Shown here: positions 20,750-31,031 of the stretch, one piece after another
Position numbering within the stretch: position 1 is the first letter of the stretch
Layout: the number at the start of each line of letters is the position of its first letter
Origin: Candidatus Poribacteria bacterium
GTDB lineage: Bacteria > Poribacteria > WGA-4E > WGA-3G
Assembly: GCA_963665235.2 (NCBI GenBank)
Contig: CAXXLX010000001.1
Span: 3,392,001-3,456,000 of the forward strand
Direction of reading: 5' to 3'
Length of the DNA: 64,000 nucleotides
Program-made: the position numbers and the translations under genes
Notes under the pieces: model-generated
The model's input: only the letters and a program-made list of their open reading frames with translations
Database searches by the model: none
What the model was told of the DNA's origin: nothing

Positions 20750-20825
20750 TTAGAATCACGAATCTCCTGCTAATTGCCAATTGCCAAATTGCCAATTGCC
20801 AAATTAACGAAATATAAATTTTTTG

Positions 20826-20854
20826 TTGACAAACTTTAAAAAATGTGTTATAAT
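20826..20854 (+). promoter_or_regulatory. perfect consensus sigma70 promoter
   Basis: TTGACA-17bp-TATAAT with TG extension; GGAGGT SD follows. Confidence 0.8.
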
Positions 20855-20890
20855 AATATTGTAATTTAAATTTCGGAGGTATAGATATCA

Positions 20891-21745
20891 ATGGCTGAAG
20901 AAAAAAACAATGAAATGGTTCCAGTTGTTGCAGAATATGATGTCATAGACCAAGTGGATGACCAAGCAATTATTGAACTGATGACTGGACAAACAATTCA
21001 AGATTACGTCTACTCTTTCAACAAGGGCGGCCGCACCGTTGAAGGGTTGACGTTAGCTGGTATTAACGAAGCGGCTAACCGGAGAGGCGGCATCCAGGTT
21101 GAAGAGATCGACTATGAGGAACGGGAAAATTCCTGGATTGCAACTGCAAAGGCAGTCGATACAATCACAGGGTCATCTCGATACGGCGCGTGTGAACAAG
21201 CTAAAACGATGAGTGGACGACCGGACCCCTTTGCTTTCGTAAAAGCAATTCATAAAGCGCAACGCAACGCTATCAAACAGCTAATACCTGTGCCCGTAAT
21301 CCGTGAAGTGCTAAACTTCTATCTACATCGCAAGACAACCGGCGGAAACCCGCCGAATCCACCAACACAAAAGCGACAAACTGATGGAAATATTACCACG
21401 GCACAGAAAGCTACCTTCGCAATAGCGAATCAATTGACAGCACGGCTTGAAAAGGAGGGTGTTACACAAGCTGATTTGTGGAACTATGTCAAACGCAAAT
21501 ATAGCGTCCAATCTCGAAACGACATGTCCGAGATGCAATGGACAAAACTCTCCGCAGAACTCAAGGCAGCAGAAGTCACACCGAAATTGTTCGATGAACT
21601 CTGTCAAAGTATTAAACAGTTGAGTACTGCGAACAAAGAGAGTGAAGTGCCAACTCCTGAAGACCCAGAAATTGCCGAACCTGAAAATGCTGAAGAGCCG
21701 GAGAAATCGGATGAACCCGAGCAGACCCAAAAATCACCTTTCTAA
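20891..21745 (+). CDS. hypothetical protein, possible Rad52/RecT-superfamily single-strand annealing protein
   Basis: 284 aa; N-terminal GLTLAG...ATAKAVD...RYG...FAFVKAIHKAQRNAIKQLIP; acidic tail ending in PF. Confidence 0.55.
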   Translation: MAEEKNNEMVPVVAEYDVIDQVDDQAIIELMTGQTIQDYVYSFNKGGRTVEGLTLAGINEAANRRGGIQVEEIDYEERENSWIATAKAVDTITGSSRYGACEQAKTMSGRPDPFAFVKAIHKAQRNAIKQLIPVPVIREVLNFYLHRKTTGGNPPNPPTQKRQTDGNITTAQKATFAIANQLTARLEKEGVTQADLWNYVKRKYSVQSRNDMSEMQWTKLSAELKAAEVTPKLFDELCQSIKQLSTANKESEVPTPEDPEIAEPENAEEPEKSDEPEQTQKSPF

Positions 21746-21761
21746 GGCGATAAGGCACGGG

Positions 21762-22652
21762 TTAGCAACATGCAAGCAGATATTCTCGGCTCCGCAATGC
21801 ATCGGCTAAGGAGTGCACAGTCGGTTTGTTTTCAAGCAGGAGTTCACCGCTATAGTTCTGTGTTCGCAAGTGATTGGCGATAGCTCGGAAATCCACATAT
21901 CCATCGCCGATCACTGGAAGCACACCTGCTTCAGTCTTCTGCTTGAAATGCACCGCTGTGACCGTTTCCATCCGGACGTTCCGCCAGAATTCATCGGGTG
22001 GATTTAACGTTGTACCATCCGCCCGATATGTGTTCGTTTCGTCATAAGTGAGTTTTGCCCCCCCGGCGATTGCCAACTTCAACGTTAACGTAGCGGTTTG
22101 ACGTGCGTTCTCTACAGCGAAAACCATCGGGTAGTCCGGCAAAAGCGTGGCGTACCTCTCTATATTAGCGACAGCGGCTGTTTCGTCGATATCCCCTTCC
22201 GTATCCAAATCTACAAGGCGGAGCCTCGCGCGCGAGGGACATAGAAGATATGCTAACCTCTTCGCCATAATTATTCGCACCGAATCAGCATCATTATCCG
22301 CGGGTGTTGAAAGCCACGGATGTGAAATAGCGTAGCTCAACGTTAACCCTGAGGCTTTTCGGACGAAGTTTGCCACCTCTTCAAAAAGCGTGGGATGTTT
22401 TGTTTCATAAGAGGTTTCAGCCCACACAGCCTCACAAAGGGTTTGAAATTCAGCATCCGTGTATTCAGGCATTACCAATTCCACGCGGTGCATCATATCC
22501 CCGAATTCGGCGTTACGGAGATAAGCGCCTTCGCGGACCTCCATATTCCTGAACCCATTCGCACCGAATTCAATCATGAGTTCGTCAAAACGTGCCCCGT
22601 TCTCTATTTCCTCAGCCCAGATATTCGTCACAATTCCGAGTCTTTCAAACAT
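21762..22652 (-). CDS. AP2Ec/xylose-isomerase-like TIM barrel protein
   Basis: FAVEN, YDETN, VHFKQ, GDGYVDF, YSGELLLEN; start 22652 with a GGAG SD. Confidence 0.7.
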   Translation of the reverse strand: MFERLGIVTNIWAEEIENGARFDELMIEFGANGFRNMEVREGAYLRNAEFGDMMHRVELVMPEYTDAEFQTLCEAVWAETSYETKHPTLFEEVANFVRKASGLTLSYAISHPWLSTPADNDADSVRIIMAKRLAYLLCPSRARLRLVDLDTEGDIDETAAVANIERYATLLPDYPMVFAVENARQTATLTLKLAIAGGAKLTYDETNTYRADGTTLNPPDEFWRNVRMETVTAVHFKQKTEAGVLPVIGDGYVDFRAIANHLRTQNYSGELLLENKPTVHSLADALRSREYLLACC

Positions 22653-22765
22653 TTGCAATTCTCCAAAATTAACCGTAGTCTTTATGTTCCTTGGAAACAG
22701 ATACAATTATGTCTGTGATTGCTGAAAAAGTCAAGAATAAATTGAGCACCATTTCCGAAAATCTA

Positions 22766-22794
22766 TTGATTTTTAAAAAATGTTGTGTTACAAT
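22766..22794 (+). promoter_or_regulatory. sigma70-type promoter of glyQS
   Basis: TTGATT-17bp-TACAAT with TG extension. Confidence 0.55.
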
Positions 22795-22843
22795 AAATGT
22801 GATATCAATTATTTGAAATGGAGCGTGCTAAGAAAAAACGGAT

Positions 22844-25800
22844 ATGACTCTTCAAGAAATCATTTTAGCATTAGAGAAATTTTGGGCAGACCACGGGTGC
22901 ATAATCCAGCAACCGTGCGGTATAGAGGTCGGTGCGGGGACATTTAACCCTGCGACCTTCCTGCGATGCCTCGGTCCAGAACCGTGGCAGGCGGCGTATG
23001 TGGAGCCAGTCCGCCGGCCAACCGATGGCCGTTATGCCGAAAACCCTTTCCGCCTCGGAGCATATTATCAATATCAGGTCCTACTGAAACCAGCCCCGGA
23101 GAATGTGCTGCCGCTTTACCTAGAGAGCCTCTATCATCTCGGTATTTCTCCCCGCAAAAACGACATTCGATTTGTGGAAGATGACTGGGAATCACCGACC
23201 CTCGGTGCCTCCGGGCTCGGCTGGGAGGTATGGTGGAACGGGGCAGAGGTCACACAATTTACCTACTTCCAACAGATGGGCGGTATTGAACTTGAACCGA
23301 TTTCCGCCGAGATTACCTACGGACTTGAACGTATCGCACTCTACTTGCAGGATGTTGACAGCTTTTTTGATATCCGCTGGAATGAAAACCTGAACTACGG
23401 CGATGTCCACCACCAAAGTGAGGTGGAATACTCAAAATACAACTTTGAGCATGCAAATGTAGAGATGCTTTTTGAGCTGTTCAGCACTTATGAGAAGGAA
23501 ACGCATGCATGTTTGGATGCAGGTTTAGTGTTGCCAGCAACCGACCACGTCTTGAGATGTTCACACACCTTCAACATGCTGGATGCACGCGGGGTTATCA
23601 GTGTAACAGAGCGGGTGAGCTACATTGAACGGGTCCGGCGACTCGCACAACGTATTGCCCGGGCTTATGTTGAACAGCGCGAAGAGATGGGACATCCGCT
23701 CCTTAAACGTTCTAGCCCGCCATCGTTCCCTCGCGCGGTAGTGGAGACTTCTAGCCGTCCCGCGTCTGACACAGCACAGGAAACAGCGGAGCTTCTATTT
23801 GAAATCGGCACGGAAGAAATTCCCGCAAGTTATATCCCGCCTGCCCTTGAACAACTTAGCAAAATCGCAACCGATTCCCTCACAGAACACAGAATTCCGT
23901 TTGGTGATATTCAGACATTTGGCACGCCTCGGCGCATCACGCTCGCCATCAAAGAGATAAAAACAGGTCAAGAAAGCCAAGAGACAGAAGTTATGGGACC
24001 TCCAAAACGTATCGCCTACGATGAAAACGGTGACCCGACAAAAGCGGCTATCGGATTCGCCAAAACGCAGGGAGTTAAACTGTCAGCACTTCGAATTATT
24101 GAAACCGAACGGGGGGAATACGTCGCTGTGTCCAAAATTGAAAAGGGAATTCCAACGCGGGAGGTATTGCAAACACTCCTACCCGAATGGATTGAAGCAC
24201 TCCGTTTTCCCAAAACGATGCGCTGGGAAATAAAATCTACAGAACCGGGGGCTTATGCTCGCTTTGCACGTCCTATCCGATGGCTTGTCGCCCTATTGGG
24301 AGATGAAGTTGTCAACTGTACTTATGGCGCAGTGCACGCAGACCGAATAACGTCTGGACATAGGTCTTTACACCCCAACCCGATAACTTTGCAGTCAGCG
24401 GACTTGGAGACCTACATTCAGGAATTACGAAATGCAGCCGTTATCCTCTGTCCGAAGGGGCGGCGGGATACCATCGAAAAACAGGTCCGAACTGTTTTAG
24501 AAACCGAGGGGTGTCTCCCGAAAATAGATGCGGAATTGCTAGACACGGTGAACTATATAGTAGAAAATCCGCAGCCGATTGTCGGTAATTTTAGTGAATC
24601 GCATCTACAAATACCCCCCGAAGTGTTGATAACCGCCATGAAAAAACATCAACGTTATTTTCCGATGTGGAAGAGTGAGACCGTGCTTGCTTCAAAATTC
24701 ATTACGATTTCTAACGGAACAGATGGCAATATTGATGGCGTTCGCCACGGCAATGAACGTGTCCTACATGCCCGACTCAACGATGCCGAGTTCTTTTACA
24801 AGGAGGACCAGAAAACCTCTCTTGCTGACAAGGTCCAACGTTTAGGCGATGTTGTCTTTCACGCCGAACTCGGTTCACTGTTAGATAAGGCGGAACGTCT
24901 TAAAGCATTAGTGCGAACCATCGGCACTGCCTTAGATGTATCGGAAACGACACGTCCTGCAGGCAGAACGTGCGGCTTGGCTCTGTAAAGCTGATTTAAC
25001 AACGCAAATGGTGATAGAATTCCCATCGTTACAGGGTATTACCGGAGGCTATTACGCCAAAAACTCTGGTGAACCGGCAGCAGTTGCTGCGGCTATCGCT
25101 GAGCATTATCAACCGCTCGGAGCAGAGACCCCGTTGCCAGAAATCGATGTCGGTGCGATTCTTGCTATCGCCGATAAAATTGACACCATCGTCGGATATT
25201 TCGGAATAAAGGAGCGGCCCACAGGTTCGCAAGACCCGTACTCCTTACGGCGACATGCCCTCGGCACAATTCGTATCCTCCAAGCGCGGCAGCTGCCGCT
25301 CTCTTTAGATAAGGTCGTGGAGAAGGCAATCTCACACTACGCGGTAACGTTAGCCGATGATACAAAAACGACCGTTCTCAGTTTCATCAAAGAACGGCTG
25401 CGCGGCATATTGCAGACACAGGGGTACGCCCCTGACCTTGTGGATTCAGTCGTAGCAGTTGGGGATGTTGACATCGTGGATATTTTCAAACGTGCTAGCG
25501 CACTATCCGAATTTCGCTTGACACCGGGGTTTGATAACGTATATAATGCCCTCAACCGGACGCTTAGAATTCTACCGGAAGAGTATAGTGCTCAGGAGCT
25601 TGCTCCTATAGATAGCGCGCTATTACAAAACGAGGCTGAAATAGCCCTTAACGCACGCGCCACCGCTGCAATACCCGACTTTGAGCAAAGCATTGAGGCA
25701 CGCGACTATACTAAACTTCTGAACCAGTTGGCGGCTCTACAACCCGCGATAGACACATTTTTTGACGATGTCTTAGTTATGGCTAAAGAGCACGCGGTGC

Positions 25801-25889
25801 GCAAAAATCGGTTGGCATTGCTAAACAACATCGCAAAACACATCTATGCCGTAGCCGACCTAACGAAATTGGTAATTGCGGGAGAATAA
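22844..25889 (+). CDS. glyQS: fused glycine--tRNA ligase alpha/beta subunits, interrupted by a +1-nt frameshift near 24953
   Basis: alpha motifs [27 protein letters not shown] run in frame into beta motifs [23 protein letters not shown]; KADL...EFPSLQG continues in another frame (ORF 24936..25889). Confidence 0.9.
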
Positions 25890-25937
25890 ATAAAAGAAAG
25901 GAGTCGGCAATTTTCACATTGCTTCCGAAATAATCCT

Positions 25938-28900
25938 ATGAAACGATATCTGTTTATCTGGATGCATCTTATACTTAGTCTCGCGCTTCTTATCGGATGC
26001 GCGGAAAAAGAGAATAAGGACGTTATCAAAACGCGACTAGCAATTTTAAGTGGCGATTACGCCAAAGCGGAATCTGCTATTAAAAAAATACGCGCGAGCG
26101 ATGCAGAAAACGACGAAGCGCAGCTTCTCAACCGCTTTCTTCAATTGCGAGAAAACACGGAGACCAGCAGCTGGCACGAAGCTATCGCGCAAACGTTATC
26201 GCATCTTGAAACGTTGAATACCGATATTCAGACGATTTCAATGCAGGAAGACCCAGATTCCGATGAACTCGACCGGCAAGAACGTCTCATTCGCTCACGG
26301 AATTCCATCTTAGGTCTTTTCGCTGTAGCACTAGCAACAGCAGTTGAAAAGCAGACAGAATTGCTCTCGGACTTAGCGAAACAGGCAGAGCCTGTAGTTG
26401 TAACAGCACTATTGGAAGCACAAAAATGTTATCAACCTTCCGCCCGGGCGGCAGCTGAACAGCTTTTGCAGCACCTTACCAGGGACGAGCCCTCTCTGCT
26501 CACGGGGGATGAGGAGGCACAGAGCGCAACCCTCAACGCACTACGCAGGATAGCCACTGCGTATACAGATGCACAGATTAGAAAGGCAGCAATCTACCAC
26601 CTCGCGGCATTGGAAACCCACGAATTAATACCGACATATCAAGCAATTTTGACCAAAACAGACGATGCACCGGAGGTCGCTTATACCGCCATCGTTGCTG
26701 TCGGTAGGCTTTGCAAACCGGAATTTCAACATCTTGTAGGGCAGAGGGCAGACCTCATCTCTCTCTTGCAGCTTGCTGCCAGAAACAACAACGCGCAGGT
26801 CCGTATGCACGCTGCAAAGCTCTTGGGTAAACTTCAAGCGGCGGAAGCGGTCGACGATTTGATCAAGCTTCTGGCGGATTCCAACGGGTATGTCAAAGAC
26901 ATCGCCATAGATACGCTTAACAGAATTGGCACGCCTGCGGTCGCGCCCCTTCTTGCTATCCTTGAAACCGGGGCACACAACATTATTCCAGACGAGGATG
27001 CAGGACTTTCTGAACAGTACCGATATATAGCAAGCGCGTATATTGACGACTCCTGGATGAAAAAATACCGGCGAGGCACACAGGTCGCAGCGATTACCGC
27101 TTTGGGAACGCTTAGAGCGGAGGAGGCAGTCCTGCCCCTAATTCGCGTTTTGGCAGATGAGGATTTGAAGGGTGCAGCACTTACCGCTTTAATCTCGATG
27201 CAAGGGGTAGCAGTTCCATCCCTTTTGGAGGCACTTGAAACGCCTGAACACATTGTCCGGAGGGTTGAAAACAGCGACACCCGACACCAAGTTCAGCTAG
27301 AAGCCGCAAACGCGCTGAGTGCTATCGGGGACCGGCGGGCAATTCCCGCGTTTATTGCTATCCTAACCGGAGATGCTCACAAAGAACTCAAAGTTATCGC
27401 CGCGAAAGGGCTCGGAAACATGCGCGCGCGCGGGCAGAATAATACAGCTGTTATAGCACTCACCGCAGCACTTGACTTTGACGATACCACAGTCACGCAG
27501 GCAGCAGAAGCCCTCGGAAAAATCAATGCACCTACCGATGAAACAATCCGGAAGTTGATAGCAATTTCTATGGATAAACAGAGACGCGAAACGGTTCGGC
27601 TAGCCGCTATCAACGCTTTATGGGAGTTGAACCCAGCAAATGCAACCCAACCGATGCTCCTATTGCTGCTCAGCGACGAAACAGGTGCCGTTATCCGAGC
27701 AGAGGCAACCAAGGTGCTCAGTCGAATTAAGGCACCTGAAACGTTACCCGTGCTGTTCTGGGTGTTGTCAATGCGATTTGATGAAATCTCAGATTTTCAA
27801 CGACACATGAAACGGCAATACAAAAACCTTGAAACCTTGAGAACGCAGCTGGACTCCCTAAATGTTGAATGGACAGCCGATTATCCACGTCCCTATTATC
27901 GGATTTGGGGGGAACTTAAACCGGTACCCAGTTTAGTACGGAGTGAGGTTGCACGCACCCTCGGTATTATTAAAGGGGAAACCGTCGTAGAGCCGCTCGC
28001 GGACGCATTGGCAGATGACCAACGCGCCACCGTCCGGCGCGCCGCAGCGTGGGGACTCGGCACAGTCGGCGGTGCCGCTGTCATTGACCCGCTGCTGACT
28101 GCACTGAAGAAGGACAAACAGGGGGTGGTCCGTCAAGAAGCAGCGATTGCGCTCGGCAAAATTAAATCTGAGAAGAGTGCTAATGCTTTGTTGGATATAT
28201 TGCAAACCGATAAATATGAAACCGCACGCCTTGAAGCGACCAAAGCACTCCGAGAAATTAACCCCACCCTCGTCGATAAAGCACTCGTTGATATCGTCAA
28301 GAAAGGTCTAGGGAGTTTCGAAGATGGATACGAGGTTATATCGGTGCAAAACGAAGTTATTGGGGCACTCATCAAAAATGGGAATGCCACAACGACCGGT
28401 TTCCTGCTTGACGCGCTCAGGTCTGCTAACGATGAGTGGACGCGCTGGGCACTTGTCTATATGATAGGGGTTATCCACGATAAATCAGCACTTACCACAA
28501 TGCTCACCGAAATGCAGCATCCCAGCTATATTGTCCGCAAGCAGGCAGTAGCATCTATCGGTGGTTTTAAAGACCGGCAAACAGTGGACCCGTTAATTGC
28601 CATCCTTAAAAACCGCGAGGAGACGAAATCTATTCGGGCATCTGCTATATCTTCATTAGGTGCCCTTCGCGATGAACGTGCAGCCCCCGCGCTTCGGGAG
28701 GCACTTATGGATGAGAACAGTGCTGTCCGCTACCAAGCCGTCATCGCCTTGGGGGGTATCAAGGATGCAGCAGCAGTGTCAAAATTAAGCGAGATGGTTG
28801 AAAACCAACTAGAGGTTGACGCGGTCCGTGCAGCAGCGGTCACTGCGCTCGGCAACATCGGCGATAAGGCAGCGGAGGGTGTCCTCCTCCGTGCACTTGA

Positions 28901-29867
28901 CATCCGAGTCGGCACTATTGCAAAAAATGCTATGATAGCCCTCGGAAGACTCAAAAGCACTCGCGCTGTCCCGCAGTTGATTGCAATTCTTGAGGACAAA
29001 CGGGTGCCGTTGAATGCCAGCACCTATCTTCTGGCAGTTGCCTCTGCACGCGTAAAAGCAGCACTTGCCCTCGGTGAAATTGGCGGACCAGCCGCGGCAA
29101 GTGCTATCGCTGAACGGCTTATTGACGACACGGAATACATAGTCGCCCTAGAGGATGAGTGGAACAGACGCGCTGTTGGACTTGACGCACTGAAACGGAA
29201 TTGGAGTTGGGAACTTTTCGTCACTGCATCTAGCAAGCTCAAGCTGCCTGAACGCATCGCAGAAAAAATGGCAGCACGCGAAGCAGACGAATGGGAAGAT
29301 AGTGCTGTCAGAAACGCAGCGGCTGTCGCCCTGGGGCGTAGCCGGCCACTCAACGTTTCACAACTCAAGGCAGCACTTGCCGACCCCGACGAAGGCGTTC
29401 GCAAATCGACCGCACGGAAAATCGGACAAACTAATATGCTGCCCCTGGCAGCAGACCTCATCCCAATCGCGAACGGTGAAACAGAAGATACGAAAGATGT
29501 ACGGCGACTAGCAACACAAGCCCTCGGTGACCTTGCCGATGTCGCAACAACCGACGCGCTCATTGACGTGATGAACACCGACGAAAATCATATCGAAATC
29601 CGGCGGGACGCAGCACGTGCACTCGGCAAAATCGGAACAGATACGGCGGTCTCGGCAATCGTTGCAAAACTATCCGAGCTGCATGAGGAACAAACGTCCC
29701 GCGCGTTCCGCCTCGCCCTAATATGGGCACTGGGAGAGGCTAAAAATAGCAACGGGACGCAGCTTCTTGAGAAAATCTTACAAGATACAGACGCGGATAT
29801 TCATTTCCAAGCAGCATCCGCGCTCTTTGAAATTACAGGAAATGGCTACGGTTACAATCGAATATAG
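25938..29867 (+). CDS. large HEAT-repeat lipoprotein
   Basis: 1309 aa, signal peptide with lipobox LLIGC, many VR..AA.ALG repeats. Confidence 0.85.
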   Translation: MKRYLFIWMHLILSLALLIGCAEKENKDVIKTRLAILSGDYAKAESAIKKIRASDAENDEAQLLNRFLQLRENTETSSWHEAIAQTLSHLETLNTDIQTISMQEDPDSDELDRQERLIRSRNSILGLFAVALATAVEKQTELLSDLAKQAEPVVVTALLEAQKCYQPSARAAAEQLLQHLTRDEPSLLTGDEEAQSATLNALRRIATAYTDAQIRKAAIYHLAALETHELIPTYQAILTKTDDAPEVAYTAIVAVGRLCKPEFQHLVGQRADLISLLQLAARNNNAQVRMHAAKLLGKLQAAEAVDDLIKLLADSNGYVKDIAIDTLNRIGTPAVAPLLAILETGAHNIIPDEDAGLSEQYRYIASAYIDDSWMKKYRRGTQVAAITALGTLRAEEAVLPLIRVLADEDLKGAALTALISMQGVAVPSLLEALETPEHIVRRVENSDTRHQVQLEAANALSAIGDRRAIPAFIAILTGDAHKELKVIAAKGLGNMRARGQNNTAVIALTAALDFDDTTVTQAAEALGKINAPTDETIRKLIAISMDKQRRETVRLAAINALWELNPANATQPMLLLLLSDETGAVIRAEATKVLSRIKAPETLPVLFWVLSMRFDEISDFQRHMKRQYKNLETLRTQLDSLNVEWTADYPRPYYRIWGELKPVPSLVRSEVARTLGIIKGETVVEPLADALADDQRATVRRAAAWGLGTVGGAAVIDPLLTALKKDKQGVVRQEAAIALGKIKSEKSANALLDILQTDKYETARLEATKALREINPTLVDKALVDIVKKGLGSFEDGYEVISVQNEVIGALIKNGNATTTGFLLDALRSANDEWTRWALVYMIGVIHDKSALTTMLTEMQHPSYIVRKQAVASIGGFKDRQTVDPLIAILKNREETKSIRASAISSLGALRDERAAPALREALMDENSAVRYQAVIALGGIKDAAAVSKLSEMVENQLEVDAVRAAAVTALGNIGDKAAEGVLLRALDIRVGTIAKNAMIALGRLKSTRAVPQLIAILEDKRVPLNASTYLLAVASARVKAALALGEIGGPAAASAIAERLIDDTEYIVALEDEWNRRAVGLDALKRNWSWELFVTASSKLKLPERIAEKMAAREADEWEDSAVRNAAAVALGRSRPLNVSQLKAALADPDEGVRKSTARKIGQTNMLPLAADLIPIANGETEDTKDVRRLATQALGDLADVATTDALIDVMNTDENHIEIRRDAARALGKIGTDTAVSAIVAKLSELHEEQTSRAFRLALIWALGEAKNSNGTQLLEKILQDTDADIHFQAASALFEITGNGYGYNRI

Positions 29868-29911
29868 AGAAATAAACTTTTTTATCAACCCCTTTGCATA
29901 AGGAGATTTTC

Positions 29912-30235
29912 ATGGCTTTTTTTGAATTACGGCAATACCGAACCCAACCCGGACAACGTGACAACTGGGTGAAATACATGGAAGAGACAATCATCCCGTT
30001 CCAGATTTCTAAAGGGATGGTAGTTATCGGCAGCTTTGTCGGTGAAGAAGAGGACGACCTTTACGTCTGGATTCGCCGATTTGAAGACGAGGCACAGCGG
30101 GAACAACTCTACGCGGCTGTTTATGAAGACGAACGCTGGGTGAATGAAATGTCCTCACGCGTTGGAGAACTCATCGACCGCTCAAAAATTGTGGTTACAC
30201 GACTTGAAGCGACTTCGCGGTCACCACATCAGTAG
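29912..30235 (+). CDS. NIPSNAP family protein
   Basis: FFELRQY..PG, YVWIRRF; AGGAG SD before ATG 29912. Confidence 0.85.
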   Translation: MAFFELRQYRTQPGQRDNWVKYMEETIIPFQISKGMVVIGSFVGEEEDDLYVWIRRFEDEAQREQLYAAVYEDERWVNEMSSRVGELIDRSKIVVTRLEATSRSPHQ

Positions 30236-30282
30236 GAGAAACCTGCCGAGCACGAATAACCAAAAACGGAGGTATACGCAAC

Positions 30283-31029
30283 ATGAACGCTGCTGACAAA
30301 TACCTATTTGACCTCTGGGGATATGTCAATATTGACAATGTCCTGGGCACAGATGAACTCACAGAACTGAACGCTCTCATCGACGCACAAAATTATCCTG
30401 ACCCAGCGGATGATAACATTCATTCACAACGGTTTGGCGGATTCTTAAACTGGGAGAACGACGCGTTTCGGAAACTCCTCAATCACTCCCGCGTCATGCC
30501 GTTCCTAGCAGAAATAGTGGGACCTAAATTCCGGCTCGACCACGTATACGGCATTTTGATGAGAGAGGGCAATCCGGGCGGAACACTCCACGGTGGCGGC
30601 ACCCCTTACGACCCATCTCAGTACTATGTCTTCCGGAACGGACGTATGTATAACGGCTTAACCGTCGTCTCGTGGGCACTGACAGATATGCTGCCCGGAC
30701 ATGGCGGTTTCTGCTGTATTCCCGGCAGTCATAAGAGCAACTACTCCTGTCCCCCCGAGTTCCGACCGGTGAAGGACAACCCGACCTGTATGGTCCCGGT
30801 GCATCAGAAGGCGGGAGACGTTGTGATATTCACGGAAGCAATGACACACGGCACTTTACCGTGGACTGCCACACATCAGCGACGCTCTATTCTGTTCAAA
30901 TACTCGCCAGGGCACGCTGCCTGGGGACAAGGCAGGTATGATGATACGCTTCGCGACCTGATGACAGACGATGACCAGAAGTTAATGCTGGAGCCGCCGT
31001 ACGTTTCACATCGGAAACAGGTGGTCTAA
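30283..31029 (+). CDS. phytanoyl-CoA dioxygenase (PhyH) family protein
   Basis: GGFCCIPGSHK, KAGDVVIF, HG...W, RR; LHGG in place of HxD. Confidence 0.85.
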   Translation: MNAADKYLFDLWGYVNIDNVLGTDELTELNALIDAQNYPDPADDNIHSQRFGGFLNWENDAFRKLLNHSRVMPFLAEIVGPKFRLDHVYGILMREGNPGGTLHGGGTPYDPSQYYVFRNGRMYNGLTVVSWALTDMLPGHGGFCCIPGSHKSNYSCPPEFRPVKDNPTCMVPVHQKAGDVVIFTEAMTHGTLPWTATHQRRSILFKYSPGHAAWGQGRYDDTLRDLMTDDDQKLMLEPPYVSHRKQVV

Positions 31030-31031
31030 CA

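Larger units (their letters stand above)
20378..20805 (-). repeat. heptamer-flanked palindromic element, split by a MITE insertion
   Basis: 20378-20432 and 20750-20805 rejoin to the reverse complement of the element at 32195, 42673, 44024 and 49691. Confidence 0.8.

Noticed and set aside
17394-22652. Prophage or integrative island around the annealase-like gene
   Set aside because: No integrase, structural or replication genes, att sites or tRNA
22795-22843. T-box leader for glyQS (and for trpS)
   Set aside because: Leaders are too short and lack the T-box motif
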